This document shows positions 1 to 11,715 of a stretch of 64,000 nucleotides of DNA, piece by piece; position 1 is the stretch's first letter; each line of letters starts with the position of its first letter. Below the pieces are notes generated by a model. The model saw nothing but the letters and a program-made list of their open reading frames with translations, ran no database searches and had not been told where the DNA came from. The stretch lies in the NCBI RefSeq assembly GCF_006345805.1, contig NC_043002.1:102920001-102984000 (forward strand), read 5' to 3'. The stretch comes from Octopus sinensis. Taxonomy: Eukaryota. Both the position numbers and the translations under genes were made by a program.

Positions 1-1235
1 CGCTCCTCGATATATGTATGAACGAACAGAAATTGCTATTATATATGTCAGGTTAAATGAAAACCAGATCTGTTGGTCACTTTCACCTGCAATCCAAAAT
101 GGGAGTAAATAAAATCTAGCCTCCTTCCATTGTTGCATATTCTGGTATTGCAGGTACCCTCCTCAATGGGGGAAGAACTGCTCATTCCATGTTCAAGCTC
201 CCTCTAAACATTGCAATGAAAGAATCTCAAATGTGCAACATATCCAAAACATGTGCAATGGCAACAATTCTCCAACAAACTTGTCCCACTGTTTGGCATG
301 AGTGCACTGTCACACCGTGGAGCTGCAGAAGTACTTGATCGTACCCTCCCAAGACATAAAAAGCAATAGCATGCTCATGGGATGAGTAACAGTTATTCTC
401 GCAGGAGATTTCCGCCAAGCGTTGCCTGTTGTCAAAAAAAGAAAAAAAACTGATGAGGTCAAAGCATGTTTAAAAAAAAAACGTACCTTTGGAGACGTGA
501 AGAAACTTCATCTTACAAACAACATCAGAGCACTTCTACAAGATGATCATACAACCTTCTTAAGAATGGTAATAGGATATAAACATTCAACTCAAGACTT
601 CAGCTACATGAAATTACATGCGGTCGAATGATACTTTCACCTATGGATTTTATGAATAAAGTAAATCCTAATTTACCTGTCAATTGCACTGATGTAAATT
701 GGCTATGTGAAAGAGCTTCACTAGCTTCCATCTTATGAAATAGTTGATAAACTCAATCATGAAGTTCTTTGAAAGTCTACAGATATACCAGAAATGACTT
801 TCCGTTCAATTGATAACAATCAATCAAGACCAGGTTGTCCAATACCCTGCTGAATTTCTGAACACACTTAAAACCCATTAGGATTCCACCGCATTACTTG
901 ACACTACAACTGTGCGCTCCCATTATGATGCTTACGAATCTTGACCCACATCACCAACGTAATAGAAATCTTTTAATTGTTACCTCCATGAAGCTCTAGG
1001 TCGTGCAAGCAATAAGCATAACAAGTAGTCACAAAGGAGAAAAACGACTTTATTCCAAAAATTCCACGCATGCCTACAGATGTTCCATTTGAATTCAACA
1101 CGCTTAAGCTTCCAGTCAAATTCAGTTTTGCTATTTCCTTTTAGCAAATCTCAGGGCCAATCCCTCAAGGTAGCTGGATTTGCTGTCTTTAGTACAAGCT
1201 TTTCCCATGGTCAAGCACATGTGCACTCACATGCC
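1..1235 (+). mobile_element. Helitron RepHel relic (Rep motif 1 plus PIF1-like helicase), frameshifted and internally deleted; begins before the window
   Basis: Manual translation across frameshifts: PRYMYERT...KPDLLVTFTCNPKW (Rep motif 1, ~5-105); SGIAGTLLNGGRTAHSMFKLPL (helicase Ia, ~140-205); VWHECT; GDFRQALPVV (~405-432); LHLTNNIR; YPAEFLNTL..PPHYLTLQLCAPIMMLTNLDP; IPKIPRMPTDVPFEF..LPVKFSFAI..SKSQGQSLKVAG; FSHGQAHV (~1200-1225). Confidence 0.88.
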
Positions 1236-1364
1236 TATGTGCTCGCACCCTGGTATGCACGATTACATGTAAGCGAAAATACATATGTACATATGAATAA
1301 ATACGCCTGTTTGTGTATGCTTGTATTTGTGTATATGTTAGTATGCGTGCGTGTGTATGTGTAT

Positions 1365-1470
1365 ACTAGGTTTACAAAGAGTAAGTCCTGAGGTCGATTT
1401 TTTCGACTGATAGTGGTTTTCCAGCATGGCCGCAGTGAAATAGCTGCTACAAGTAAAAATAAAAGAAAAA
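1365..1470 (+). mobile_element. 3' tail fragment of SINE family 1
   Basis: Matches 8335-8450 in this window (TTACAAAGA.TAAGTCC..GGTCGATT..TCGACT..CCAGCATGGCCGCAG..ACAAGTAAAA). Confidence 0.65.
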
Positions 1471-2544
1471 TAATAAAAGAATATATGAATGTATAAATGA
1501 ATGTGTGTATACATAGATACACGGAATCTCCTCGCTGTAACCTTTCGATTTGTTCTACATACAATCGTTCCCACTCACCAGATTGACATCTACGCTGAAA
1601 TATTCCTGGTGTCTGGAAAAAATTCGGAAATAAAAGAAAATATTATTTAGCATTATTTTAATCATATATAAAGATTCTATTTTAAGCATTGGCGTGGTTT
1701 ATTTCCTTGTCATATTTCCTTCGCTATCGACTATACTTGGCTTCCTCATTCACAGACTTTAGAAGTCTTATATTTTGCACACAGTACTCTCTAATGTCAT
1801 GACAATCCATATTTATCAGCAACGAGAGAAGCCGAAGAAAAGCAGATAAACGACCAGTGTCCATCAGCGACTATAAAAGCGGCGACTGAGTCGGTTAACA
1901 TAGCTCTTCAGCCAGCCGATAAACTGACACACCTACCAATCCAGAGGGACATCGGAGGAAGAAGTGTTTCATGATAAACTTGTACCTGGCAATCGGCAGG
2001 GACCAATAGCTGGTAATCTTACAAGAGAAGGATCTACTTAGAATGCTCATTGACCGATCCGTGAGGAGCACTTTCTCTGCTTCTTGTGTCACTCCACACT
2101 GGAGCAAATCAGTTTGCATGCATTCCATATTGAGCAATAAACTGATCTGTGGCCTTTTCAGCAGATATCGATCATTTATGTTACACACATACAAAATATG
2201 ACCGCGGAGAAGTCTTTCATGTTTTTCATTCTTTTACCAACACGGAATTTACATAAGACGCATCGGGACGACTGCTTCCTTGGTGTCCATCGAATAAAAA
2301 GCTTATCTGTCACGTATACTACAAAAGTATAGCTTGCAAGGCCAAATCCATTTTCGACTTTGACCGTTTCCTCACATATTTAGAATTACTGTTGTTGTAT
2401 CCGTCATCAGAATCGTTATTTTTGTTGTTGTTGTGGTTCTTGTTACTGTTATTATCCTTGCTATTTTTCATGTTGTTTATCTCTAGGATAACTATGATCG
2501 GCAGGACTTATGATCAATAGCAATATCTGTAAGAATACGATATT

Positions 2545-2545
<1 letters not shown>

Positions 2546-2620
<75 letters not shown>

Positions 2621-2632
2621 TATATATATGTG

Positions 2633-2666
<34 letters not shown>

Positions 2667-2755
2667 TTATATATATATATATATATGTGTGTATATATAT
2701 ATATGTATATATGTATGTATGTATTTATGTATGTATGTATGAAATATGTAAGTAT
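2546..2755. repeat. Compound (CA)n/(TA)n/(TATG)n microsatellite
   Basis: Direct inspection. Confidence 0.95.
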
Positions 2756-3140
2756 GTATGTTTGTTTCAGACATTACATGACGCTACATTTCCCGAAGAT
2801 CTAAGATCAAAGAAGGTCTCGTTGTCATCATATTGTCTTCATCCACAAAATCTAGTAAAATATGTATACAAATATTGTGTGTGCGCGTGCGTGTGCATGT
2901 GTGAGTGCGCACTTGCACCCATGTGTATGTGTGTGTGCGTGTGTGTGTGCGTTTGAAATAATAATAAAAGTTTTGAAAATTGATTAATAATGTCTGTGAA
3001 TAAAACAAAATTGATTGTCTAACATAGGAGGGACGTTTTTGCAATATATATCTACATGTACAAAAGGCAAATTCCCAAAATGTTTTCACGAGCCATGTTA
3101 TATACACGCACTTATATATACAGATGTGTATGTCTGTCTC

Positions 3141-3153
3141 CATGTGTATATAA

Positions 3154-3165
<12 letters not shown>
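3141..3165 (+). repeat. Left copy of candidate 25-bp target-site duplication (right copy 8051-8075)
   Basis: CATGTGTATATAATAATTATATATA vs CATGTATATATAATAATTATATATA, 24/25 identical; low complexity reduces significance. Confidence 0.5.
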
Positions 3166-3220
<55 letters not shown>

Positions 3221-3677
3221 TATATGTATACATATATATATATAGCAGGCATTCGTCGTGACAAGACGTACTTTTCATAGCTCCGGTAGCCAAGGAAGCA
3301 TATTTCAACTCAAGCCAGCAGAAACTCTCCTTGTTTTTAGTCCCAGTACTTTTCAATTCTTCAGTTCTACTATTCTAGTTTTTTACTACCATCGGAGGAT
3401 AAATTTATACAAATCTATATACAACCTGGAGAAAGAAATATAAACCAAAATCAAACCCAAGATTAGTTTTAAAACTAGTCCCGTGAGTACAATTCTTTTT
3501 CCTTGATCTGTATTAAACTCACAGTTCATCCTGATTTGTACTAAATACACTGAACTCTCCCACATACACTCAGATATAGCCACGCATTACCGAATATATC
3601 GACACAAACTTTTCAACGGTGTATTCACTATTATACATCAATAACTAAATATAGAGTATAATGCTGTCCCACTGAAT

Positions 3678-4864
3678 ATGGCCAATAATATTCAAAAACA
3701 CCACTGGGTTGAAAATGAAATCACTGCAATGATAAACGCTTGGTACAGTCACCACAATGAAGCTAATGTTTACAGTAAAATAGCTGAAAAATTAGCAAAA
3801 CAATCCTTTCACAGATCTGTAAAACAGATCGAAAATAAAATAAAATAAATTGTAAGAATATTTCCTATTTTCCACACGCACATGGCAACACTAGAAGCCA
3901 TCCTTGTCAATGAATGTAGTGCACCAAATGACCCAACTCCAACAGGTCGGGGGTCACTTCAACGACCCGATAGCCAGCAACAAACATCTGACCTCATTCC
4001 ACCCATTCCACAGGACTCACTATCACAACAGAGCAGCCTGCTTCTGCTACTACATCGCCAGTACCTGACCCGATTCAACCTAGCCCTGCGGTTGCAAGTC
4101 AAGTCTCACTGCTGCTACAGCAACAACAACACTCTGCTACGGCTACTACAGTCAGAATAGAAAAATCACCACTACACACATATCAAACACACTGCCGTTA
4201 CTATTCTCAAGGCAACTGTAGATTTGGCCCCAGCGGCACCAACAACAATGGACGCTGTGCTTTTTACCATCCTACCTTATGTCGTAGACTTGCTAAGGGC
4301 ACCTGTCCATATGGTATAACGGGAAAAAACTGCCCTCACCTCCACCACAAATACTGTCCTAAATACACAGAGTCTATGGTCCTGATCCCAAATATGGATG
4401 CACAAAAGGCAATGGATGCACCTTCTTCCATCCTAAACTGTGCCAAACTTCTTTGTCACTAAGAATGTGCCTGAACCGAGAATGCAACCACCACCATCGG
4501 AAGGGCACAAAACGATCGCAAAATAAATATAAACAGCAACAGAGGGGATCTTCGACAACAATAAAAAACAAAATACAACCACGTTTCTCCTCCTACAATC
4601 AAACAACAAAGACAGAACCATGAAAAAAACCATACATCAAATAACATGAACATGAAATATGTATCCTCTCACCAAGTGGCAAACCAAGGAGGTAAATCTT
4701 TTTTACTGACTTACCTAGAAAATATGAAGGCCGACTTAAGCCAGGAGATCCAACGAGCTATCAGCAACCACACATGCAAATCACAAGGACCACACACCCA
4801 CTACCAACAAGGAAATCATACACACACAGCTCCATACAAGAACTACCCACATTGTTACCACTGA
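3678..4864 (+). pseudogene. LINE ORF1: N-terminal Myb/SANT-like (trihelix) domain, Pro/Ser/Gln linker, four CCCH-type zinc fingers, C-terminal helical segment; one stop plus frameshifts
   Basis: ATG 3678: MANNIQKHHWVENEITAMINAWYSHHNEANVYSKIAEKLAKQSFHRSVKQIENKIK*IVR, in frame with ATG 3882. At 4193-4515: CRYYSQGNC..CAFYH, CRRLAKGTCPYGITGKNCPHLH, CPKY..GCTKGNGCTFFH, CQTSLSLRMCLNRECNHHH-RKGTKR. ORF 4646-4864 contains SFLLTYLENMKADLSQEIQRAI. Confidence 0.72.
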
Positions 4865-5727
4865 ACAACATAAAACACAACTTAGAACAATGCAAACATC
4901 AAACTTCCTCGACATTCCTGTTAAATGTACGTGGCATCAACCCATCAATTATTGCCCAAAAATGGAAGATCCCATATATAGAGAGCTGGCTTACCGAATC
5001 AGCACATTGCTTCTCTTTCTTTATCCTTACCGAGACACACTTGAACAACACCCATATGGAAGCCGAGATGAAAATAAAAAATTTCACCATTGTTCGTGCG
5101 GATCGCACAGACCGAAATAAGGGAGGGACAGCCATCTTTATCCTTGACTCTTTTTCACTTGATGCGAAGGACATATTTTCCAATGGCTATTGTGAATCTG
5201 TATCACTATTCAGCAAAGCCAAGGACATAATCATTGTTGGTCTTTACAGGCCTCCCCAAGCACCTCTAAAGTGCTTTGAAGAGTGCCTTAGCAAACTCAA
5301 GTCCTTCCTTCGGAAGTACCACTCGGGAAACATACTAGTGATGGGTGATTTTAACCTCCCTTATGTGAACTGGCCCACAAATACTCTGAAGTTAGGCACA
5401 TGCTCCACATCAGATAGTGCAGCAGCAGAACTGCTCTTTAATCTAATGGATGAATACTTCCTGACTCAGCTAGTGCTCGAACCAACGAGACAGAATAAAA
5501 CGATCTTGGATCTGGTATTGACCAATCACTCTAGCTTCGTTCACAGTATTTCAATTGAAAAAACTCTCCTCTCAGACCACGACATGGTACTCTGCAATTT
5601 TAATTCCCGACATATAAAAACCAAACCAGCCAATCCCACTCCATGGCACAAATTTGACAACATAAACTTCCATAAAGGATCTGCCTTTCCTCGACTGGTC
5701 TTTTACTCTCAATTCCACCCATATTGA
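4774..5727 (+). pseudogene. LINE ORF2 apurinic-type endonuclease domain
   Basis: Motifs LLNVRGI, ILTETHL, RADR..KGGTAI, GLYRPP, MGDFN, ILDLVLTN, SDHDMV. Confidence 0.93.
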
Positions 5728-6078
5728 GACCGCATGGCAGCACTTTGAAATAATGTCTCCTATACATGCTCTAAACACGCTCCCACGAAATCTACTAACA
5801 CAAACAGAAACCGGATCCCTAAAAAGAAAAAAACACTCATCAGGCGCATCAAAAGACTTAACAAAAAAAATCAACCAATTAAACTATTCCCACATACGAC
5901 ATCCACATTCAACAACAATGAAAAGGCTGGAAAAACTTCATCTGCAGAACGGCATGAATTCCTCCATTGAAAATCAAAGAGATGTGGAGGAACAGTGGGT
6001 ATTCAAAAATATCAAAATGAACCCAAAAGAGTTCTATTCTTATGCAAATAAGCATAGAACCACTGTCTCACCCATTCA

Positions 6079-7817
6079 TTGATTGATGATCACGGCATTC
6101 CCCAATACGATGCTAAAGAAATGGCAGAAATACTGCAGAAACAATACTGCTCTGTCTTTAGTGTTTCCACTGATATTGACGTAAGAGAACCGAACGAAGT
6201 TGACTCTCAACATAAAATCTCAGACGTAACCTTCATGGCCACTGACATCATAGCAGCAATAAATGAGGTCAAATACTACTCTGCTGTAGGCCCTGATAGA
6301 TTCCCCGCTAGTCTCCTGAAGGAATGTAGACACAAACTGGCAGTCCCTCTGACCAACCTCTGGAGAAATTCGTTAGACGCAGGTCATATACCGAAACAGT
6401 TTCTATCCCAGTCAGTCATCCCGGTTTTCAAACAGAGAAACAGATCCCTCGCACTCAACTATCGCCCAATCTCACTCACCTCCCACATCATCAAAGTGTT
6501 TGAAAGCGTGTTAAGATCAAGGATAGCTGACTTCCTGGAGACCCACAAACTCATAAATGCAAATCAGCATGGATTTCGCTGTGGCAGGGACTGTCTAACA
6601 CAGCTCTTACACCACATTGAAGATGTACTCAAAGCCTTGGGAACAGGTTCGAACTCTGATGTCATATACCTTGACTTCAGTAAAGCGTTCGACAGGGTAG
6701 ACCATAATATCCTACTCTCAAAAGTGGCACATGTTGGAATCTGTGGAAAAGTTCTACACTGGATCAAGTATTTCCTGGCGAATAGAACACAACATATTGT
6801 AGTTGATGGAGTCCACTCAAGCCCAGCAAAAGTCACCAGCGGTGTCCCCCAGGAGACTGTCTTGGGTCCGCTACTCTTCATAATCTACATAAACGACCTT
6901 TCCAGTGTCGTACATTACTGCAAAGTGAAAATATTTGCTGATGACACTAAGCTCCAGCAAATCGTCAATGAAGAAGCAGACCGAACTCAACTCCAGTCTG
7001 ATCTATATGCTGTGAGTCAATTGGTGGACAGAAACCAAATGCAACTGAACGAGGGAAAATTTGAGCTGATGCATTTTGGAAGAAATTCCTCAATAAAACA
7101 GCCATACTCTATTCCTTCAGGGTAACCGCTCACAACCTCTAACAATATCAGATACCTGGGTGTAATTGTTGATGACGATCTCAGTTGGAGTGCACACATC
7201 AACAAGAAGGTCGATATAGCTCGTAGGATGAGTTCCTGGATCTTAAGAACTTTCCTGTCCAGAGAACAAGGTGTCATCATACCACTTTTCTCCTTCTTTG
7301 TACAGCCACACCTCGAATACTGCTGCCAACTGAGGTCTCCCCATACAAGACAAAACATCTCGAGGATTGAATCACCCCAGAGGGCACTCACTAAATGAAT
7401 TGAAGGCATGCTGCTCTCGATTACTGGGATTGCCTTAAAGCCTTGAAACTCTACCCTCTCCAGCTTCGCCGTGAACGGTTCATCATTTGTACTATGTGGA
7501 GAATATACCGCCAACATTGCTCAAACGATCTGAACATTAGCTTCAAGGTTCATCCAAGACTGGGACCACGGGCCATACGTCCCCTGTCTAATTCAAGATC
7601 ACAACATACATGTACACTACGACATAATCTCTTTTCCTCAACAGGCCCTGCCCTATTTAACATTGTTCCGAAAGAGATCAAAGAGGAACAGGATCCCATC
7701 AACTTTAAACGGAGTCTGGATAGATTCCTTCAAGGAATACCAGATAAGCCACCCATAATTGGATACAACTCACCCAACAAAAACTCACTACTTGAATGGA
7801 CCATAAACAAAACTTGA
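6079..7817 (+). pseudogene. LINE ORF2 reverse transcriptase and C-terminal domain (interrupted)
   Basis: YRPISLTSHIIKVFE, QHGFR, YLDFSKAFDRVDH, SGVPQETVLGPLLFIIYIND, FADD; downstream YLGVIVD, PHLEYCC, RRERFIICTMW. Confidence 0.95.
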
Positions 7818-7895
7818 CTTAAACACGATTCAAATAATCCTATCAGGTGGTGCTATTAAGTTAGACATGGCCTGGACCAATCATTGGTCGAAACG

Positions 7896-7912
7896 TATCC
7901 AAGTTTATCTAA

Positions 7913-7964
<52 letters not shown>

Positions 7965-7976
7965 TTAGATAAACTT

Positions 7977-7981
<5 letters not shown>
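7896..7981. repeat. ~25-bp perfect inverted repeat of the LINE tail around a (TA)n spacer
   Basis: TATCCAAGTTTATCTAAGTTTACAT-(AT)n-ATGTAAACTTAGATAAACTTGGATA. Confidence 0.9.
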
Positions 7982-8033
<52 letters not shown>

Positions 8034-8075
8034 ATATATATACATATATACATGTATATATAATAATTATATATA

Positions 8076-8455
8076 GGCGCAGGAATGGCTGTGTGATAAG
8101 TAGCTTGCTTACGAACCATATGATACTGGGTTCAGTTCCAATAGGTGGCACCTTGGGTAAGTGTCTTCTACTATAGCCTAGGGTCGACCAATAGTTTGTG
8201 GGTGGATTTGGTAGACGCAAACTGAAAGAAACCCGTGATATATAAATATATACCAACATCACATGACAACTGATGTTGGTGTATTTACGTCCCCGTAACT
8301 TAGCTGCAATACATACCGATAGAATAAGTAGTAGGTTTACACAGAATAAATCCTGGAGACGATTTGCTCGACTGAAGGTGGTGCTCCAGCATGGCCGCAG
8401 TCAAAATGACTGAAACATGTAAAATAATACAAGAGTGAAAGAATAAAAGAATAGC
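8076..8455 (+). mobile_element. tRNA-derived SINE family 1, near full length
   Basis: A-box-like TGGCTGTGTGA and B-box-like GGTTCAGTTCC; internal (TA) tract; tail GGTGGTGCTCCAGCATGGCCGCAGTCAAAATGACTGAAAC plus AAAAGAAT repeats; a second copy lies at 18918-19310 (-). Confidence 0.85.
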
Positions 8456-8547
8456 AGAATATATAACTATTATCAACTATCATCAAATATATAACATCGA
8501 GTTGTGCGGTCAATACGGGACAGACGTGATGCCTCAACTTAAGTATC

Positions 8548-8725
8548 TGGACAAAATGTATAGCGGTATTTCGCTACACCTGAGTTCAAATTCCGCCGAG
8601 GTTGACTTTTCCTGTCATGCTTTTGGGGTTGATAAAATAAGTACTAGTTGAACACTGGTGTCCATGTAATCGACTCATCCCTCTCCTAAAATTACAGCCG
8701 TTGTGGCAAAATTTGAAATCATTAT
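8548..8725 (+). mobile_element. tRNA-derived SINE family 2 (5'-decayed) with (ATT)n tail
   Basis: B-box-like GAGTTCAAATT then CCGCCGAGGTTGACT..TCAT..GGGGTTGATAAAATAAGTAC; homologous to 36125-36345 and 55700-55835. Confidence 0.8.
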
Positions 8726-8729
8726 TATG

Positions 8730-8807
<78 letters not shown>

Positions 8808-8830
8808 TATTGTTGTTGTTGTTGTTGTAT
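8725..8830. repeat. (ATT)n-(AGT)n-(GTT)n compound microsatellite
   Basis: Direct inspection. Confidence 0.95.
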
Positions 8831-11498
8831 CAGTGGTAGTAGCAATAGTAGTATCAAGCTCACCTTCCTCCCCATCCCCCTCTTCCTTGTCATCATCATT
8901 ATCATCATCATCATGGTAAACTGGTATGTACAGCAGGTAGCCTGTGAGAGAACTATAATCTTAACAACTGTATTTTCCAGACTTTTAATTGTCCATGTTC
9001 CACAACCATATCAGAGAAAACAGAGAGAAGATATTACAACCCCTGAGCAGTTTTTATCGATGTTAATCTGCATCACCATCAGAAGAGAATTTACTTCTTT
9101 CTGTTTTTTTTTTCCTTCTTTTCACTTTCAAGAAATTAAATTAACAGGGACGTGTCTGAAATATTCTGGCACCGCTAACAGCCATGCTTGTTTCTATTAT
9201 CTTCTCCTCGACGAAAGCATCAATTTTATTACAGACGGACAGTTGGGTGGTAATAATACAATGTACTACGTTAACGCCATGACAGGCACACTGAAATTCC
9301 CCTTTCCGTACTGTACATTTTTCCTCTCATTCTATCCTTCGAGAGAAATAGATGCTCCGAAATGCGGCCGTCCTCTGATGATAATGAAATCAATTACAAC
9401 CTTTGGCGTTGGAAACTTCCAACGTGTTCTTTTTAATTTAATTTATCGCGTAAAAAGATAGACACAAATATCTTTAAGGGCAAACACAGTAAACAGAAAG
9501 TGAGTTTATCTTTCAGTTATTTGTTCTCCCAATAAACAGCATCGTATATTATTTTCCATGTTTGTTCTGTTCTTTTTTTCTTTTTCACTTCGAACAGAAT
9601 AATGCAAACTATTAGTATGGCGTGTGTGTGTGTGGCTCAGTGGCCAAGATTTAGTCGACTGAATGTTAAGTGAAGAGGCGAATGTAAGAAATGTTCTCAG
9701 ATTAATTGGTAGCGGTTTCGATATTATGTTGTATCAATTACCCCAGATGTTATCGATGCATTTCCTTAGTATCGTATCTATGGATAGTTTCACAATGAGT
9801 ACTCTATCAACCTTGATGACAGCATGCTGTTTCTTGAAATAGCAACCATATTTTCTTATCGTGAAAAGGTATGAAGGGTTTGCTTTTGGAGAGAGAAAGA
9901 GTTGAGTGGTTGGTAGAACTATTTGGGAAAAAAGAGTTGAAATAGCACCATTTCAGTATAGATACGACGAGCTGCCGGTTGTTGCATTTTTGGACGATAT
10001 AAAGCAGCATTTGTTGCAATTTTGTGTTCAGGATAAGATACAAGACTGTAAAGTAAAACTGTAATTTAAGAAACAGTAAAATGGAACTACCTACTTTGTG
10101 GGGTAGGAAAGCCATTTCATTCTCATTTTAATTATATTCATCATTCATCCGATATGTATTTTCATGTACCCCCAATGTATTGCTTTGTCTGTCCATGTGC
10201 TGTCCCCCTATGTTATGGCCGTAGTGCCAAAAAAAAAATTAAAGTAAGGTTCAATAGGATTCTGGATGCCCCTTGTTTTTTGGGCTTTGTGCTTTGTGTT
10301 AGGCATTTATGGAATTATTTTATGCTCCAGAATTCGCCAGAAGTTTTTGCTTGTCAGTTTTTAAATAATTTCTGTGTCACATCTGGGTGAGTGAAAAATA
10401 AATCTATTATGCTATGTTGTAATACTCATGTAAAATTTGAATCCTCCATTTTAGACAGGTTGTGTAGTAATTTTCCCATTATATAAATAGCTAGATGGTG
10501 TATGAATTTTTCGTTTTGTATGTGGGCTGTGTTTTTTATGCTAACATTTGATTGTTGATAATATCTTATAAAAAGACTTCATGGTGTATTGTTTTGGGTT
10601 TACCGCATCCTTGTGTGTTGTGTAAATTCGGGTTATGGCCACCAGGTCGTAACAATATATATGTGTGTATGTATCTATATAAAGTGTATTATATATGTAT
10701 GCGTACATATAATCATATGCATGCTTACAATTACCAGCATATGAACGCTCACAAAAAATCTGCTAGTGGTCCGACCCTAAAAGAAGATACGTGTCCGAAC
10801 GCTCATGGAAATTATGAACTTTCTGGAAGGCTACCTCAATACTTTCGATAAATAAATAATGAATCATTTGTTCAACATTCAACAAATTAACAGGTTTCGT
10901 TTTTACGCTAACGTCAGGTGAAATTTGAAAACATAGCGGAATATATATATATATATATATATTTGTGTATAAATCAACTGAAAATGCCAGTTCGAAATTC
11001 TATTAGCTTCGAATCATTTGTAATGGAAAATAAGTTTGTTCAACGTTTTAGATATCGTAAAACTATAGGAAATCTCAAAATATATAACTTTGTATCAGGT
11101 CAAGAAAATATAAAGGAAATGCGCAAGATTTCAGGTTTTAAAACAAACGCTTTTTAGATAATGAAAATCACAACGCCTGGATATTTCATTAGGTAAAATT
11201 CGATTGCTAAATGTTTTAAACACAAACTTTATACAGCCTTACGTCTTTGTGGTAATGGAAGTTGCACAAACATGCATGTTATATTTGCTCGCTAATGTAG
11301 CCTTGTTATAATTGTTGATGTTGTTGTTGTAGGTAATTGTTAGTGTATTCTTTTATTTTCCTCCAATGGAATGTATGTAATAATATAATTTAATGCAATA
11401 TAACTTAACACGTTTAAACACGCTGAAATTTCTAATGCTTGGATTGCCAAACAGAATTCAATTTTAAGACAGAAATTCAAGAATAAGAAGTACAAGCA

Positions 11499-11715
<217 letters not shown>

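Larger units (their letters stand above)
3245..7920 (+). mobile_element. Apparently full-length, decayed non-LTR retrotransposon (APE-RT LINE, CR1/L2-like) with 5' UTR, ORF1, ORF2 and 3' hairpin/short-repeat tail
   Basis: Zinc-finger ORF1 followed by APE endonuclease and RT domains in order; 3' tail CATGGCC-hairpin-GAAAC-(CCAAGTTTAT/CTAAGTTTAC); bounded by (TA)n tracts with a 24/25-identical flanking direct repeat. Confidence 0.92.

Noticed and set aside
1800-2340. GC-richer unique block with TATAAAAG and a 99-aa minus-strand ORF; faint resemblance to LTR or integrase sequence
   Set aside because: No convincing motif in six frames, and no second LTR copy or PBS/PPT.
2510-3356. ORFs rich in YI/HT/CV dipeptides (also at 11.5, 14.3, 30.4, 46.5 and 60 kb)
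   Set aside because: Translations of (TA)n, (CA)n and (GT)n microsatellites.
7873-7897. Hairpin followed by GAAAC-GTA at the LINE 3' end, resembling a hammerhead
   Set aside because: There is no CUGAnGA-type core upstream (CATGGCCTG); it is better explained as the LINE 3' recognition stem-loop.
8076-8150. tRNA-like heads at 8076, 36125 and 54954 as tRNA genes
   Set aside because: They have A/B boxes but no complete cloverleaf, and each continues into a SINE body and tail.
9380-9400. CTGATGA..GAAA near 9375-9392
   Set aside because: No pairable stem II or stem III.
8703-9461. 252-aa ORF
   Set aside because: It starts in a SINE tail and microsatellite (poly-I/S/C); the remainder has no recognisable motif or codon-like character.
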